DNA from: the human T2T-CHM13v2.0 reference genome, Homo sapiens
Length of the DNA: 64,000 bases
Assembly: GCF_009914755.1 (NCBI RefSeq)
Contig: NC_060925.1
Reading direction: 5' to 3' (one strand)
The translations under genes were made by a program, and so were the position numbers. The notes beneath the pieces are model-generated. The model ran no database searches. It saw only the letters and a program-made list of their open reading frames with translations, and had not been told where the DNA came from. Below, in pieces: positions 41,074-55,889 of this stretch (position 1 is its first letter; each line of letters opens with the position of its first letter).

Positions 41074-43103
41074 ACTGGAAATAAGCTGTTTCCCTTTCTC
41101 TATGTAAAATGTGAAATAAGAGCTTAGAAGGACAAAGGACAATTTCTTCTTATTCTCCTGTACATTGCTGAACAACTATAGTATTCTTTTGTGCCGCAAA
41201 GAGAATCTTGTTCTTTTTTTTTAAATCCATACAGTCTACTATTGTGTACTCCGCTGTATAATATAAATAAAGCTTAAATAGACATTTCTGAGACTCCTAT
41301 CATCAGGGCAGAGCAGATGTTTTAATTTTTCCATGTGCATTTAACTTACATCCGAAGTAAGTGACTAATGTCATTTCTACATGATGGAGCATCTCAGATG
41401 CTCTATACTTTTATCTTAAAAATATGTTCTTCATTAGAAATCAAACTACATTATAGTATTGAGCAAATCTAAAGCCAAAATCAATATCTATGTCAAAAAT
41501 TGTTGAGAAAATTCAGAGGACTTTGGCTTTTGAAAAAAGATGAAATAACAGGAACCAATTTACCAGTCCCCCTAAACAGCTGAAGTACAAAATACTATAT
41601 ATAAAACCACAGTTTTAAAGACATTAGACAGCTAGTAATTAAGGACATTGATACCTGAGAAATTGAAAATGAAAGAGGTGAGTCCTACAGTTTTCTTAGC
41701 TCTAACACCGGGTTAGAGTTCTCAGAATGTGGTGTGGATAATGGGAATCTTGACAGAACCCAGAAGTTTCTCTAAGTTGAGGAAGTGAGGCTGAGAGTTC
41801 AGGAGGGAAAGGCCAAGTTGGCTAGGGTTTATAGGAAATTCACCAGAGACATTAGTTCTACCAAAGGAGGGAGAGAGGGAGAGAGACAGAGAAAGAGACA
41901 GACAGAGTGAGAGAGAGAGAAAAAAAAAAAAAATCCAATGTCATGCAGAAAGTAGTCCTGAAGCCTTCAGCTGAGTTCTGATCAGTTATGTGAGGAAACT
42001 ACCATGTCTACGAACAAAAACACAGAAAAATTTGTGAAAACAATTCTTAGAACTCACACAGGGCTAGGAGGAATAATTCCTGATCTCAACAGACAGAGGA
42101 GAAAACCACTTAAGTCATGAAACATGAAGTAGGGTACTCAGAATTACTTTGCCTCAGTAATGGAAGAAAATTAGCCATAGACTAAAGGCTGCTATGAGCT
42201 CTCCTGAGAAAATTTGAAAGCAAGAACTGAAAGTATCAAACTATTTCCAACCAACTGATTGTGTTCCAGAAAAAAAAAACCTGAAGAATATTTATAGAAA
42301 TACAAAAATATTCAACAGCAACCAAGCATGGCTGTATCTAATAAAAACTTACCATCCATGGGGGAAAAAAAAGGCTGAAAAAATAGACCCAAAATAAGGA
42401 GGAAAAACAACCCATCAAAATTGAACCAGAAATGACACCAGTGAGGGAATTAACAGACAAAGGAATGAGAGCAGCCACTATTAGATACTCGATAGGTTAA
42501 AAAAGTAGAAGAAATATGGAGTATGGTTAGTAGACATATGGAAGATATTTTACAAGAGGCAAAATTCAACTTCCATAGATGAGAACTGCAATGTCTGAGG
42601 TAAAAAATACACTGGAAGGGAATAACAGCAGATTCAACAAGGCAAGATTAAAGATTTGCAAAGACCTAGAAGAGAGAATCTCTAAAATGAATGAGAGAAA
42701 AAGTATAGAGCATCAATGAATGTGTAGTATTATAATACATGAAGTGAAAAGAAAAGAATTGCATGAAAAAAAGATGAATTCACATTCATAGTGAAGAATT
42801 TCAAAATTCATCTCTTAATAAGTGATAGAAAAGTAGAAAATTTTTTTAAATGATAGAACCCATAAGGGTAGTGAATTATCCTAACAACCAAATCGATCTG
42901 ATTGACATTTATAGAACATTCTGCCTAACAGCAGAGTTTTTGTTATTTTGTTTTTGTCTCAATGCATTTTTTTCAGATACATGTAAAACGTTTGCCAAAA
43001 TTGACCATCATCTTGGCCATGAGATGAGTCTCTATGTTACCTAAGAAAAATAGAATTAATGAGAATACTACAAGATCTCTGGAAATCAATTACAGAAAAT
43101 CTT

Positions 43104-43413
43104 GGCTGGGTGCAGTGGCTCACACCTGTAATCCCAGCACTTTGGGAGGCTGAGGCGGGCTTATCACAAGTTCAAGAGATCAAGACCACCCTGGCCAACA
43201 TGGTGAAACCCCATCTCTACGAAAAATGCAAAAAATTAGCTGGGTGTGGTGGTGTGTGCCTGCAGTCCCAGCTACTTGGGAGGCTGAGGCAGCAGAATCA
43301 CTTGAACCCGGGAGGCTGAGGTGGCAGTGAGCCAAGATTGTGCCAAGCACTCCAGCCTGGCAACAGAGTGAGACTCTTTCCCCCCCTCCCCAAAAAAACA
43401 AACAACAAAAAAA
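43104..43413 (+). mobile_element. AluSc-like element
   Basis: 'tcaagagatcaagacc' and 'cctggcaacagag' diagnostics; A-rich tail. Confidence 0.93.
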
Positions 43414-43899
43414 ACCTCTGGAAAATTTCCAAATATTTGCTAGTTTGGCAAGATTGCAGAATTCAAGATAGACATAAAATGATCAAAGTATTTCCACAAA
43501 TCCACACCGATACTCATAAATGAATATTTAAATTGAAATATGATTCATAATGACATAAAAAATAAAATGGTTAGAAATAAATCTGACATGAAGATGTTGT
43601 TAAAGAATCAATTATCTCCAACTTGATGTCTGTATTCAATATAATACCAATCAAAATCTCATATACTTTTTTGTAGAATTTATCAAGCTTAGCCTAAAAT
43701 TAATATGGCTACAAAAGGACCTAGAATCACCAAAAACAACTTTGAAGAAGAAAAACCAACTTGGATATCAATAATTATTATAAAGCTAAGGCATTATCCA
43801 ATCATGAAATAGAGATAGACTACTAGGCTAATGGAACAAAACTGAGAGTCTAGAAATAGACACACACCTATATGGTAATTTGATTTTTAACAAAGGAGC

Positions 43900-44295
43900 T
43901 CAATTTTAACTTTCAACTCGGCTTTCGCCACTGGGGGCCCAAGTTGGTCAAATATTATTTTGGTCAAAATATTTGACTAAACGATATTTGATCAATCATT
44001 CTTCTGGATGTTTCTGCAAGGGTGTTTTGGGATAAGATTAACACTTAAATTGATGAATACTGAGTAAGGCAGGTTGCTCTCCATGATGCAGATGGGTCTC
44101 ATTCAATCATTTGAAGACCCGAATAGAACAAAAAGCCCAGTCTTCCTTGAGCAAGACAGAATTCTACAGAAGAGCATTCTCAGACTCAAACTGAAGCATT
44201 GGTTCTCCTGGGTCTCCCGCCTGCTGGCCCACTCTAAACATTTTAGACTTGCTGGCCTCCATAATTATGTGAACCAATTCCTTATAGTAAATCTC

Positions 44296-44336
<41 letters not shown>

Positions 44337-44385
44337 TCTATTGTTTTTGTTTCTTGGAAAACCCTGGAGAATTCTGACTAATATA
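43900..44385 (+). mobile_element. MLT2 (ERVL) LTR with internal (CA)n at ~44298-44335
   Basis: 'ctggatgtttctgcaagggtgtttt', 'cctccataattatgtgaaccaattcctta', 'ggagaattctgactaatata'. Confidence 0.85.
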
Positions 44386-44811
44386 GGTAATAAGTCAGTG
44401 GAAGCATGATAATCTTTTAAACAGATGGTGATTGAATTGAATATCCAGTAAAATAAGACTTAATCTATATTTTGCACCATATAATAATATAAAGAAAAAA
44501 TGCATCATAGACCTAAATGAAAAACCTAAAACTATAAAACTTGTAGAAAAAAATATAAAATAAGTTATTTATAGCCTGAGTTAGGTAATGCTCTCTTTGA
44601 TATGAACGCAAAGAGCAAAGTAATAAAAGAAAAAACGATAAATTGGACCTTGTTAAAATTAATATTTTATGATCTGCAAAAGATACTGTTAAAAGAATGA
44701 ACAGACAAGCTTACAACTGAAAAAATATTGAAAATCAAAGAGTTTAATAAATAATTTCTATCTGGAATATACAGAAAACACTGAAGACTCAATTATTTAA
44801 AAAATCTAACA

Positions 44812-45211
<400 letters not shown>

Positions 45212-45814
45212 TCATTAGAAAAATGCAAATTATAACTACAATGATTACAACTACATATTTATTAATATGTCTAAAATTAAAAAAACAAGTGTCACAGGAT
45301 GTGGAAGAACTGCTTACAAAATGCTACAATTTGAAAACTCTTACATTCTTAAAACATTAAATATGTAGCTACCATGTGACCCAGTCATTCTCCTTCTAAC
45401 TACACAAGGGAACTGAAAGCAAATATGCATACAAAAAGTTGCACATTAATGTTCATCACAAGTTTACCTGCAATAACACAAATCTGGAAACAACTTAAAT
45501 ATTAATCAAAAGGCAAATGCATAAACAAATTGTAGTATAGATCTATGATCTATAATGGAATGTTGCCCAGTGGTAAGTTTTCTTATTCCTTTTTGTAACC
45601 CTGTCCAACCCTCTTAACCCCTCATCCTCAGGGCAACCACTGATTTTCTTTCCTGTCACTATGCTAGTTTCTTGACATGAGCAACAACATGGATACATCT
45701 CAAATTAATTATACTGAGTATACAGTATGCACATTTTTGGGGGGTCTAGCTTCTTTTACTCACCATAATTAGAGATTTATCCACGTTGTTACTCATATCA
45801 AGAATTCATCTATT

Positions 45815-45990
45815 TTTTCCCTTCTCCTTCTTCCTTCTTTCTCTCCTTCCTTCTCTACTTTTCTTTCTGCCTTACTTTCTATCTTGCTTTTTCTTTTTCC
45901 CTCTTTCTCCCTCCCTCCTTCCTTCTTTCTTTTTTCTTTTTCTTTCTTTTTCTTTTTTCTTCTTTTATTTTCTTTTTTAATTTTTTAAAT
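45815..45990. repeat. CT-rich polypyrimidine low-complexity tract
   Basis: Directly visible. Confidence 0.9.
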
Positions 45991-46559
45991 GTATGTCTTC
46001 CTGCTTTTCTTTCCATTTGGCTTGCTCTCTGTCTTTTCAGTTGTGTTCAATAGCAGGTAGACAAATGCATGCATATAGTAACTGCTCCCTTGTTACCTAT
46101 CTTGCTAAGATTTAAAATGGAATGTTTGGTAATAAATTCTAAATCATTTTTTATGCTTCCATTGTGTTGATTGCCATTGTGATGACTATATAGTTTTTAA
46201 TTGGTTAATACATGAATTTATGTTAATAAATTATGTGTGTTGTCACCATATATTACTTGGAAAAATCCTCATTTGATTTGCTATATTATTATTTTGCTTT
46301 CTGTTTTTTTTTTCTTAAAACTGACATTTTACAGAGAAATAAAGCTATGCAAAGTGAAGCACAGAGCGAAAAGACTAAAAAAGAAAAAAAACACAACCTT
46401 ATTGAACAGAGGGACAACATCAAACATTTCATACATAGTTATGTTTAAAATTCCAGGAAGAGAGAAAGAAGAGGAATAGAAACAAAATTGAAAAAATGAA
46501 TAAAGATTTATCAAGTGAAAACTATACATCTACAAAGGCAAGAAGCTCAAGAACCTTTC

Positions 46560-47070
46560 TATTGTCTTTCCTGAGTATCTCCTGGCCTCAATGACGTCTT
46601 TTTACTCTGGGAAGTTTGATGAGTCAAGACTCCATTAAGTTGTTTTTGCCTGGCCTCCTGGATATTCACTTCATGTCTATGCAGATTGGTATTTGGCCAG
46701 AGACCTTAGGAAAAATCTATGCAAATTTCTGGGCTCTTCGTCTATATGCTCCTGTATTGTACTCTGCCCTACAAAATCTAGGTGACTTTGTCTCCCTAAA
46801 CCCTGATCTGTGTCACCTAGAGCCACGAACATCTCTTGGTTCTATTTGAGCTCTCTTCCCTGAACTGTGTTCCAGAAATTGCTCCTAGTCAGAAAGCTGG
46901 GAAGATTTTAGGGCTCTCCTCCTCAGTTTCCTTTCTCTCAGTAATCACAGTCCTGTTATGCCTGTTTTCTAATGTGAAAATTCTTATTTTAGGTATCTTG
47001 TCAATTTGTCCAATTGTTTACAGTGGGAGGATAATTCTAAACCATCTTATTTCCTCATGGCTGGAAGAGA
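46560..47070 (-). mobile_element. L1ME-type 5' end fragment
   Basis: 'cagaaagctggg...tttcctttctctcagtaatcacagtcctg...tcatggctggaag'. Confidence 0.55.
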
Positions 47071-48009
47071 TACTTAAATTTAAATTTTTTTAACCCTCAG
47101 TTTTATAGAAAAAGTAAGTCTCATGAAGTAAACCATAATATTGCAGCCTTCATCATGTATTACCACCAATAAGTAACAAATTGAGTTTTTCATTTTTAAA
47201 ATAACAAATTTCATTTCTCAGTTTATTTGAAGAGGTTGACTACAACAACGAATAGAAGAATGCATTTTTTAAATATAAAACCATTAAATGGCAATTGATT
47301 TTGTAAACATATATTTTATGCTAACACTGAACACATACAATCGTACAGCTCCATCTAGGTATACCTTCCAAAGCCAATATACATAAATAACAGTACTGGC
47401 CCCATAAATGAGAAATACTGCAGGTTTCAAATGTTATTATTTTAGACTTCTACTTTTAATTGCAAATTATTAAAATAACACTTAAAATGTAAGTAATTTT
47501 AATGGCATCTGCATCACCTATGCATTATCATCAATTAAGAGGTTTATAGTATTCTGGGAAATATACCTGATATATAAAAAGTAGCACATAATGATCAGTC
47601 TTTGAGTCCTTAAAATGTGCACAAATAATGAAACGTCATGCAGAAATTCTGTCTCAAAATGACCCAACCACTGAGCTTTGCAAGTTATGTCCTTATGTGA
47701 AAAAATTCCTGAAAAGATTTTAAGAAGACGCTATTAATACAAGTGTATTTTTGATCTGTGAGAATGGTCAATCATAATTTTGTCCCTTCTGTTAAACTTC
47801 CAACTTACTGCTGAATGACTCATTCCATTGATATGTTATCAGCAGTTCTAGAGCTAGAAATGTTAAAAAGACTTAAAATGTCAATGATGGATTAGATGCA
47901 GAAGCTTGGAGGAGAAAAGAAATGCATAATGAAGATAAGAACTTCAATAAAAACATCAGCCTCTGGAAATCAATGCTTTTATCAATATACATATTTGAAA
48001 GCAAGAAGA

Positions 48010-48230
48010 TAGTACTAACATCTACTGGATTTTACTATGGCACAGGTGCCATTGGAAGTGCTGTACACATAACAACACATTTATTCTTTGCAGCAGACAA
48101 CCCTATTAGCAAGACAATATTATTATCTCCATTTTACACTTGAAGAGACTGAAGAACTGGATGTTAAGTAACTCACCAAACATCTGCAGGGCCATAAATT
48201 GAACCTCACAACTTAACAGCTATGCTCTAC
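48010..48230 (-). mobile_element. MIR
   Basis: 'ttattatctccattttacacttgaagagactgaag...gttaagtaactcaccaa'. Confidence 0.75.
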
Positions 48231-48749
48231 TGAAAGTATAATGGAAGCATTATTAACTACTGTTACAACTCAGTGCTCATAAAATTATTCTGCCCATCTC
48301 TATCCAATAACAAATGAGGACATATAAGCAACCCAGAATATTATAATACTGGTCCTACCAGCAGTTTCAGATGAAAGTCCTGGGCATAGACCAACGCTGT
48401 TAGCGGTAGACAGATAAGGTCCTGGAGCCAAGGTCACACCCCGGAGCCTCCCATTGACCCTGATTTCCTGCACTCCATTCTTCCTTGACTCCTATATTCC
48501 TTTCCTTTACATATTTCTATCCTGGGTTTTTTTCCTTGAACCTTCAGAAATTCCATTCTCATTTTCTTTCATGATAAAAATTGATGCATTAAAAAACAAA
48601 ATCCCAAACATCAGCATATGAGAAACAGGTTTTAGTTTCGATTGTGCTGAATCTTCAAACGCTTCCTTGGGGTGACAAGAGAGATATGATGCAACTCATG
48701 CTGGAAGTGTCATCTGTGTGAGAAGACTTCCCTCCTATAATGAGTTTAA

Positions 48750-48880
48750 CTCTTAAATTATAATGCCTATTAGGACAAGAGCACTGTCTGCTCTGTTCAG
48801 TAATGGATCCTCAGTACCTAGAAGTTTCTGTCAGGTAGTAGTAACTCAATAAATATTTGTTGAATTTATGAATAAATGGA
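48750..48880 (+). mobile_element. L2 3' end
   Basis: 'cctcagtacctagaa...ctcaataaatatttgttgaat'. Confidence 0.75.
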
Positions 48881-51800
48881 TTATTATACAATACAGGTAA
48901 CTAAAGGTGGAAAGAGAACATAGTTAAATTTCCATATTAAAATGTGTTGAATGTTCATTTCTTGGCTAGACAAGTTGTAATTTACGTATTTGAAACTTCG
49001 TTCTCCTTGTTTCCTTACAAAAATATCTTTCATAATCAATTAGTTATTTGGCCCACTTTCTCAATCCATTACCTTGTATAGAACATGCATATTCAATTGA
49101 TTGTTCTTACACTGTAGCTTTAAGGTAGTGTTTACTGAAAATAAAGAAGAAAGATCAACCATTTGCTTTATACTAACTTTGAAAAGATAAAATTACAAAT
49201 GTTAATAGTATCACACTTAATTCCTGGTAAGACATGAGAACCTGGAGGAAAATGAAGATATCACATGACCAAACTTCCCCTAACATACCAATTGCAACAC
49301 ATTTGCATAACTTTTTGAAGACTTAACCTAATATTTAGTTTTCAGGCCATCTCCCTCACATTTGTAGTCACTTAACTAAAGAATAACTCTTAAATATTTT
49401 TGTGGCTAAAGGCAGATGATGCAAAATCGTTGCTCTCAGCTGAACTGTGTCCACCTTTGAACACTGAAGCTTATGGAAGTCTGATTGCCAGACTTTGAGA
49501 ATATACATTCACTAAAAACGAATATAGGTTCCAGTATCCTGGTAGGAATAATCCATCATATTTTACTTCAATGACACTTTGAGACCTGCAGTTTTACATT
49601 CTTTTATAGCCTTTTACTCCCAAGCCTATAAAATTACTACACTTTTTGAATGCTATCGTATTTTAAACACTATACTCTCTGAAAGATATATGGTTAAACT
49701 TACCTTACGTTTTTCTCTTGAGATTTTTATTTTACACTTAAACTTATGTGCTACCTTTGACAACTTGTTAGAAATTGCAAGCCTCTACAATAGAAAGCAA
49801 CCCAAAATAAGAAGGATCTAAAACTCATTTGCCCTCTTTAAACCTTTCCTTTTATTTATTTATTTTTATTTATTTTTTTTCATTTTAAGGCTATTTTCTC
49901 ATCAGAAAACAGGATGACTAAATTAAAAGCTAAAGGTTATGTAAGAAAGGCAATTTGGTCAATGGCTTGGCATTTTCCTCTGCAGGCAGAGTGTACTTTT
50001 TTGGGAAGACTGCCATTTTGGCAACATTAAGTCTGCTTTCGTAGATAATGCAACAGCATATAGTCATAGCTGACCTACTGAAATTGAGATGATTCATTGA
50101 TATAATTTTCAATAATGGGACTATTAACTGTTAACAATTACCAAGGACCATGGACCTAGAAAAGAGGACTGAGGACCTACATATAAATAAGGTACTTGTT
50201 TCACTGGGAAGAGGGTAGGGCAATTACAAATGGACTATGTAGAGATTACCATGCAATTAACTATGTTACAAACTCCTGTCTTAATGCTTGTGTCCTTCTT
50301 CTCTGCCTCTCTACATTAAAAACTTTGGCAGGAAGCAAGTCATGGGAGTGGTTTAAGTTAAGATACATGGACTTGACAGTGCCCTAGCAATAGTCTGACT
50401 ATATTTCCTCATAGGTAAAAGCTAGGTGTGGAGAAATTGTTAACAACCCAGGTGTTTACCTAAATGGCAAGGGCACATATGAAGGACACAGTGGTGCTGC
50501 TGAAATAAGGATATCCAAGAAATCACTCTGGACTATTGTATCCAAATACGTTTTTGAAAGCTATTTAAATAATAAAAGGATGAAGTCTGTCAGAAACACT
50601 AGGATACTTAAAAACAGTTTAGGCATGCAAGTTTAAGTTTAGGTATGTTACAGGAAGTAAAAATTATTTTGTTTTCCAGTAATTACTTAACTGTATTCTA
50701 CTAGAGTTGAAATCACGTTAAGTGATATGGAAATATTAATCTAAAAAATTTGACAGGTGTCAAATAACTATAGCATCTTCTCCATATTTATGTCCAATGA
50801 GAAGTTAACATAAGAAATGCTTCATTAGTGTGCCCTTGTAGTCATTGTATTAGTTTGCAATCTTTCAATTTGCAGTTATGCAGATGTATCATGTGTAATG
50901 GGCTCTATTCAGCAAGCTATTTTCTTTATTGGTTGCTTCTCACATGGTCAAGGGCATACTAAACATGTTCTTGGAATGATTCCCTCTTTCAATCACTATG
51001 CCAATAATCACTTAGAATACAAGTGGATTCTTTTCATTTAGAACAACCAGGTGGCTGAAGAGAGCCAGTTAATAAGCAATCAGCAAAATCAAAAGCAATA
51101 ATGAAGCCCTTCAAGGTTTTGTGCTGCACTGCCTGATACATAATCTCTATTTTGTGAGAAAATATACAGTATGCCTAGCAGTTGAATGACTTTGCTGATG
51201 CCACATTCCACTCAATAAACTCTTTGTGAGTTTATTGAGCTTTTAAGTTCTCACAACCAGGAGAGATCTAACATCTGTTTGAAGACACTACCTTGTGTTG
51301 TAGAAGACTCTCACTGTTGCAAAGTTGGGTTTTCTACTGATAACTACAGTTTTTGGTAGTGCCTGTCAATATATCTTTTTATCTATAAAAAGAAGTAAAA
51401 AATATTAACTACAAAAAGTATATTAAATCTATTTATCTAATTTGACAAAAAATACATTCTGTAATTAGAGGAATTTGACCTGAAAGCCCTGTTAAGATTT
51501 TAGATGTTAACTTACAAGATATTTCTTGCACATCACAATCTACTTTGACTCAAAAAAAAACTTTATTATGTTCTGTATTACTTTTACGTAGATTGGAACA
51601 TTACTTTTCTGATGACATAAGTCAATATTTCTTTTTTGTCCTTAATATTACTCTCTTTTGTATGCCAAATCCAATGTCAATCTGAGTAAAATTGAAAGTT
51701 TAAATCAGAAAGGATATTCGAAAGCCTTGAAACAATCTTCATTTCTCAATTATATATTAGATGACTTTAGTTTTATTAGGTTATGACTGTGTTCCAGATT

Positions 51801-52331
51801 GAATAGTATATTTAATGGAAGAGAGACTGGGGGCTATCAAGCACAGATAACATTCTGAATAAGGAAAGTTTATTGCCTCTGCCGCTTTATCTTCTTTCAT
51901 TTCTGTCTCTTTATTTTCCCACCACCCACTCAATATAGAGAGGCAATCATTGTTTTCATTTTGATTTTGAATTAAGAGTTCCAAAACTCTTGATTACTGT
52001 TAGTTCTACTTCAAAGGAACACTTCAATGACCGTAGTTTTCTTATCATTATTTGGACATCGTGTTGTAGTATATGTATATGCCTTTGGCATCATTAATGT
52101 GCCCCAGAAAATATGCCAGAGCCTCATGTCATATAAATGTATTAATCTCTAATAATTTCAAAGGATGAAGATCTTAAAAGTTAAAAGCAAGAGGAGAGCA
52201 AGACAGTACTATGTTGATTCACAAATATAGTTCTTTGTTTTCTAGGAAGACTTTATGAAGTGCAGTGGGAGATGAACCTTATTCTACTGCCTGCTTCCCC
52301 TTGTGTCACATGATATCATATATTATAAAAA

Positions 52332-53190
<859 letters not shown>

Positions 53191-53635
53191 AAAACACCCC
53201 ACACATTCTCTATATGCTCATAACTTCTGCGTCGTGTTTTGTATTTGGCAAGTTCTAGATGGGACAATTTTTTGTCTATTTTCATCACAAATGGCAAAAC
53301 CCTAGTATTGTTTTGGTTTTAACTGTAAGGTTTACTCCATTTACCCTTTAAAGATTCTTCAAATGCATTAACTTCCTCAAAAGCAATTTTTAAATATTTC
53401 CTATTCCCTAGCTATATAGTTGGATAGCGCTCTAATTTAGATTGTCAACTTTAACTCTATGGATTGTGTGTAAATCATGATTCTGTTTTGCTTCCATTTT
53501 AGACCATTTAAATATCAAGAGACACTGTTAAGAAAGATAGAAAGTACTAATCTTAAAATATTTAACTGGTCCTACAAAATTGGCAATTTTATGTCGGCAA
53601 TTGTAATATGTAGGCCAAAAAAAACTCCTATTCTT

Positions 53636-53637
53636 TG

Positions 53638-53706
<69 letters not shown>

Positions 53707-53872
53707 CACACACACACATATATATGGAATATATATACACATATATATAAATATATATGGATTATATATATACACATATATATACATATATATGGATTAT
53801 ATATATACACATATATATACATATATATGGATTATACATATACATATATATGGAATATTATATATATATATA
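53636..53872. repeat. Complex (TA)n/(CA)n microsatellite with higher-order units punctuated by TGGA
   Basis: Directly visible; explains the YIYI-type ORFs. Confidence 0.95.
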
Positions 53873-55079
53873 ATACAAATGAAAAATAAAGCCTAATAAA
53901 CTGGAGTAGGACTTAGTTAACAAATCAAATAAGTTTCTTTCCTAAACATCTTATTAGGAACTTTAATATATTTATAAGACTTGTGAATTTCCCAGATAGG
54001 AACAAAGCATAAGGCAAATCCCAAAGAACTGAGAAATTTAACTTTTTAAATTTTTTTTAAAAACAATATTTTATGTTTTTGTGTCCTCCAATCAGATTCA
54101 TTGTGATAATGTCATTTTGCTAGAAGAAATAAAAAAAAATTCTCATATATTTTGAATCAAAATTTGGGGTTTTGTACTAACAATTCATTTTTTGTATGAT
54201 GAACTCAGTTCATTTAGCAAATATTTAAATAGCAACAATATTCCAAGCAGCCATCAAATAATTTGCATGGCAGATAGTATAAATTCTTAGTGATGTTATC
54301 TTGTTTTCACAGTCATACTTTTGTCATTTGGACAAATTTTTATATAACAAAAGTTTTCTAAACCTGTTTTGTATACAGGTAAATAAGTACTATATTGCTA
54401 TATTAGTCATCACTGTTACAAGGCAATTGAAGGGGTGTGGCCTAGGGAATAGACAGAAAGTTAATTCAATATGGAAGTTCCAGATTTGGTTTGCATGCAT
54501 CCTAGTGGCAGTGATTTATTTCTGCATACTGCAACGTCAGAACAATGACAAAACTAGCACGGAGTGATGGTATTGAAGATTGGCACCACTATTTTCTATC
54601 GCTTATAACTCCTGAAAACTGGCAGTTTTGTTGTTAGAACTGGAACAGTGATATAACCAGGAAGGAGAAATTTTATGAGTTTCATACAATAAATCTACTA
54701 GAAGGGTGAGAAGGGACTGGGAAAACTAAGTTATTTTACTTTTAAATAAGCACAGTTAGGACCCAGATAATCCCTGAGCTAGCCTCAGGAATGCTTTAAG
54801 ATCCAAACCATGCATGGAAATGATAGGCACTTTTCTTAACTGTAAAATATTTGAAAACAGAGCACTCAATTATTTGAAGATTTCAAGAAAGAGTATAACA
54901 AAAAAGGGGACTTGTCTATATGGATACATAATGGTATGGCAATAATAGTCATTAAAAGGAGATTATTTAATTTATTACTTGCTTCTCATTTTACTTAAAA
55001 ACAAAAGAAATCAGAAACTATATGAACTTGTTGACAGAACTTGTTCACAGGCTTCTTTACCAATACATCCACCAATTTA

Positions 55080-55880
55080 TCTGTGTATCTATTCCCCCAA
55101 TCTCGGCTTCCCCTCATATTTCAATGAGTGAACTGGTCCCCTCGTTTCTAAGATCAAACTCTCTACTTGTGTATAGATCCTATTTCCTGCCACCTTTGTT
55201 TTTAGAACCTCATCAAAATTTTCTGTGATCTACCTTATTATATTTTTCTCTACTATACCATCCTCATCAGCATATGAGCATGATATAATGTCTTCCATCT
55301 TAAACTAAACAACAACAACAAAACTTTCTTCAATCCCATTCAACCTACAATTTCTGTCCTAAGCATTTTTTCTGGTTTTAATAGGCAAAAAAAAAATTCA
55401 GATGCTTTGACTCCACTTTACCTCTCTTGACTGCCTCCTTGAATTGATCCTTAACTAGGATTTTTTTTCCATTATTATATAAACCTACTTTTGTTGAAAC
55501 TCACCAATGGTCACCCCATTGCTATTCTAATGTCACCTCTTAGGCTTCAGCTCACTTGACTTTTGGTGAGATTTGACACAGCTGATCATTCCCTTCTCTC
55601 TGAAATAATCTCACCAATTGGCTTTCATCGTATTCTCCTAGTTATGTTCCTGTCTTACAGGCTCTATTCCAATCTCTCTGCTGGATATCTCTCATCTTTC
55701 TCAACTGTAAAATCTGTAGTATTCTAGGGAACAACAGATCTATATTATTCTTTATTCCTGCTCATTTCTTAAGTAATATTCCTAATGTAATATTATATTT
55801 TTACAGCAATCTTTATGTTCACTATTCTCAAATAGTATCTGTAGTTCTAAAGTTTCATATGAAACCAAAACACTATCCAC
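55080..55880 (+). mobile_element. L2 ORF2 remnant
   Basis: 'atttgacacagctgatcattcccttctctctgaaa...ttggctttc'. Confidence 0.7.
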
Positions 55881-55889
55881 CTAAGAGGT

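Noticed and set aside
48390-48460. Small CpG cluster
   Set aside because: Only about three CpGs, far below CpG-island scale.
52230-52260. Strong-looking splice acceptor 'ttctttgttttctag|G'
   Set aside because: No convincing donor or poly(A) partner; such tracts are frequent in T-rich DNA.
53477-53896. Overlapping ORFs up to 139 aa
   Set aside because: Translation of TA/CA microsatellite; the same applies to 30859-31194 and 45786-45980.
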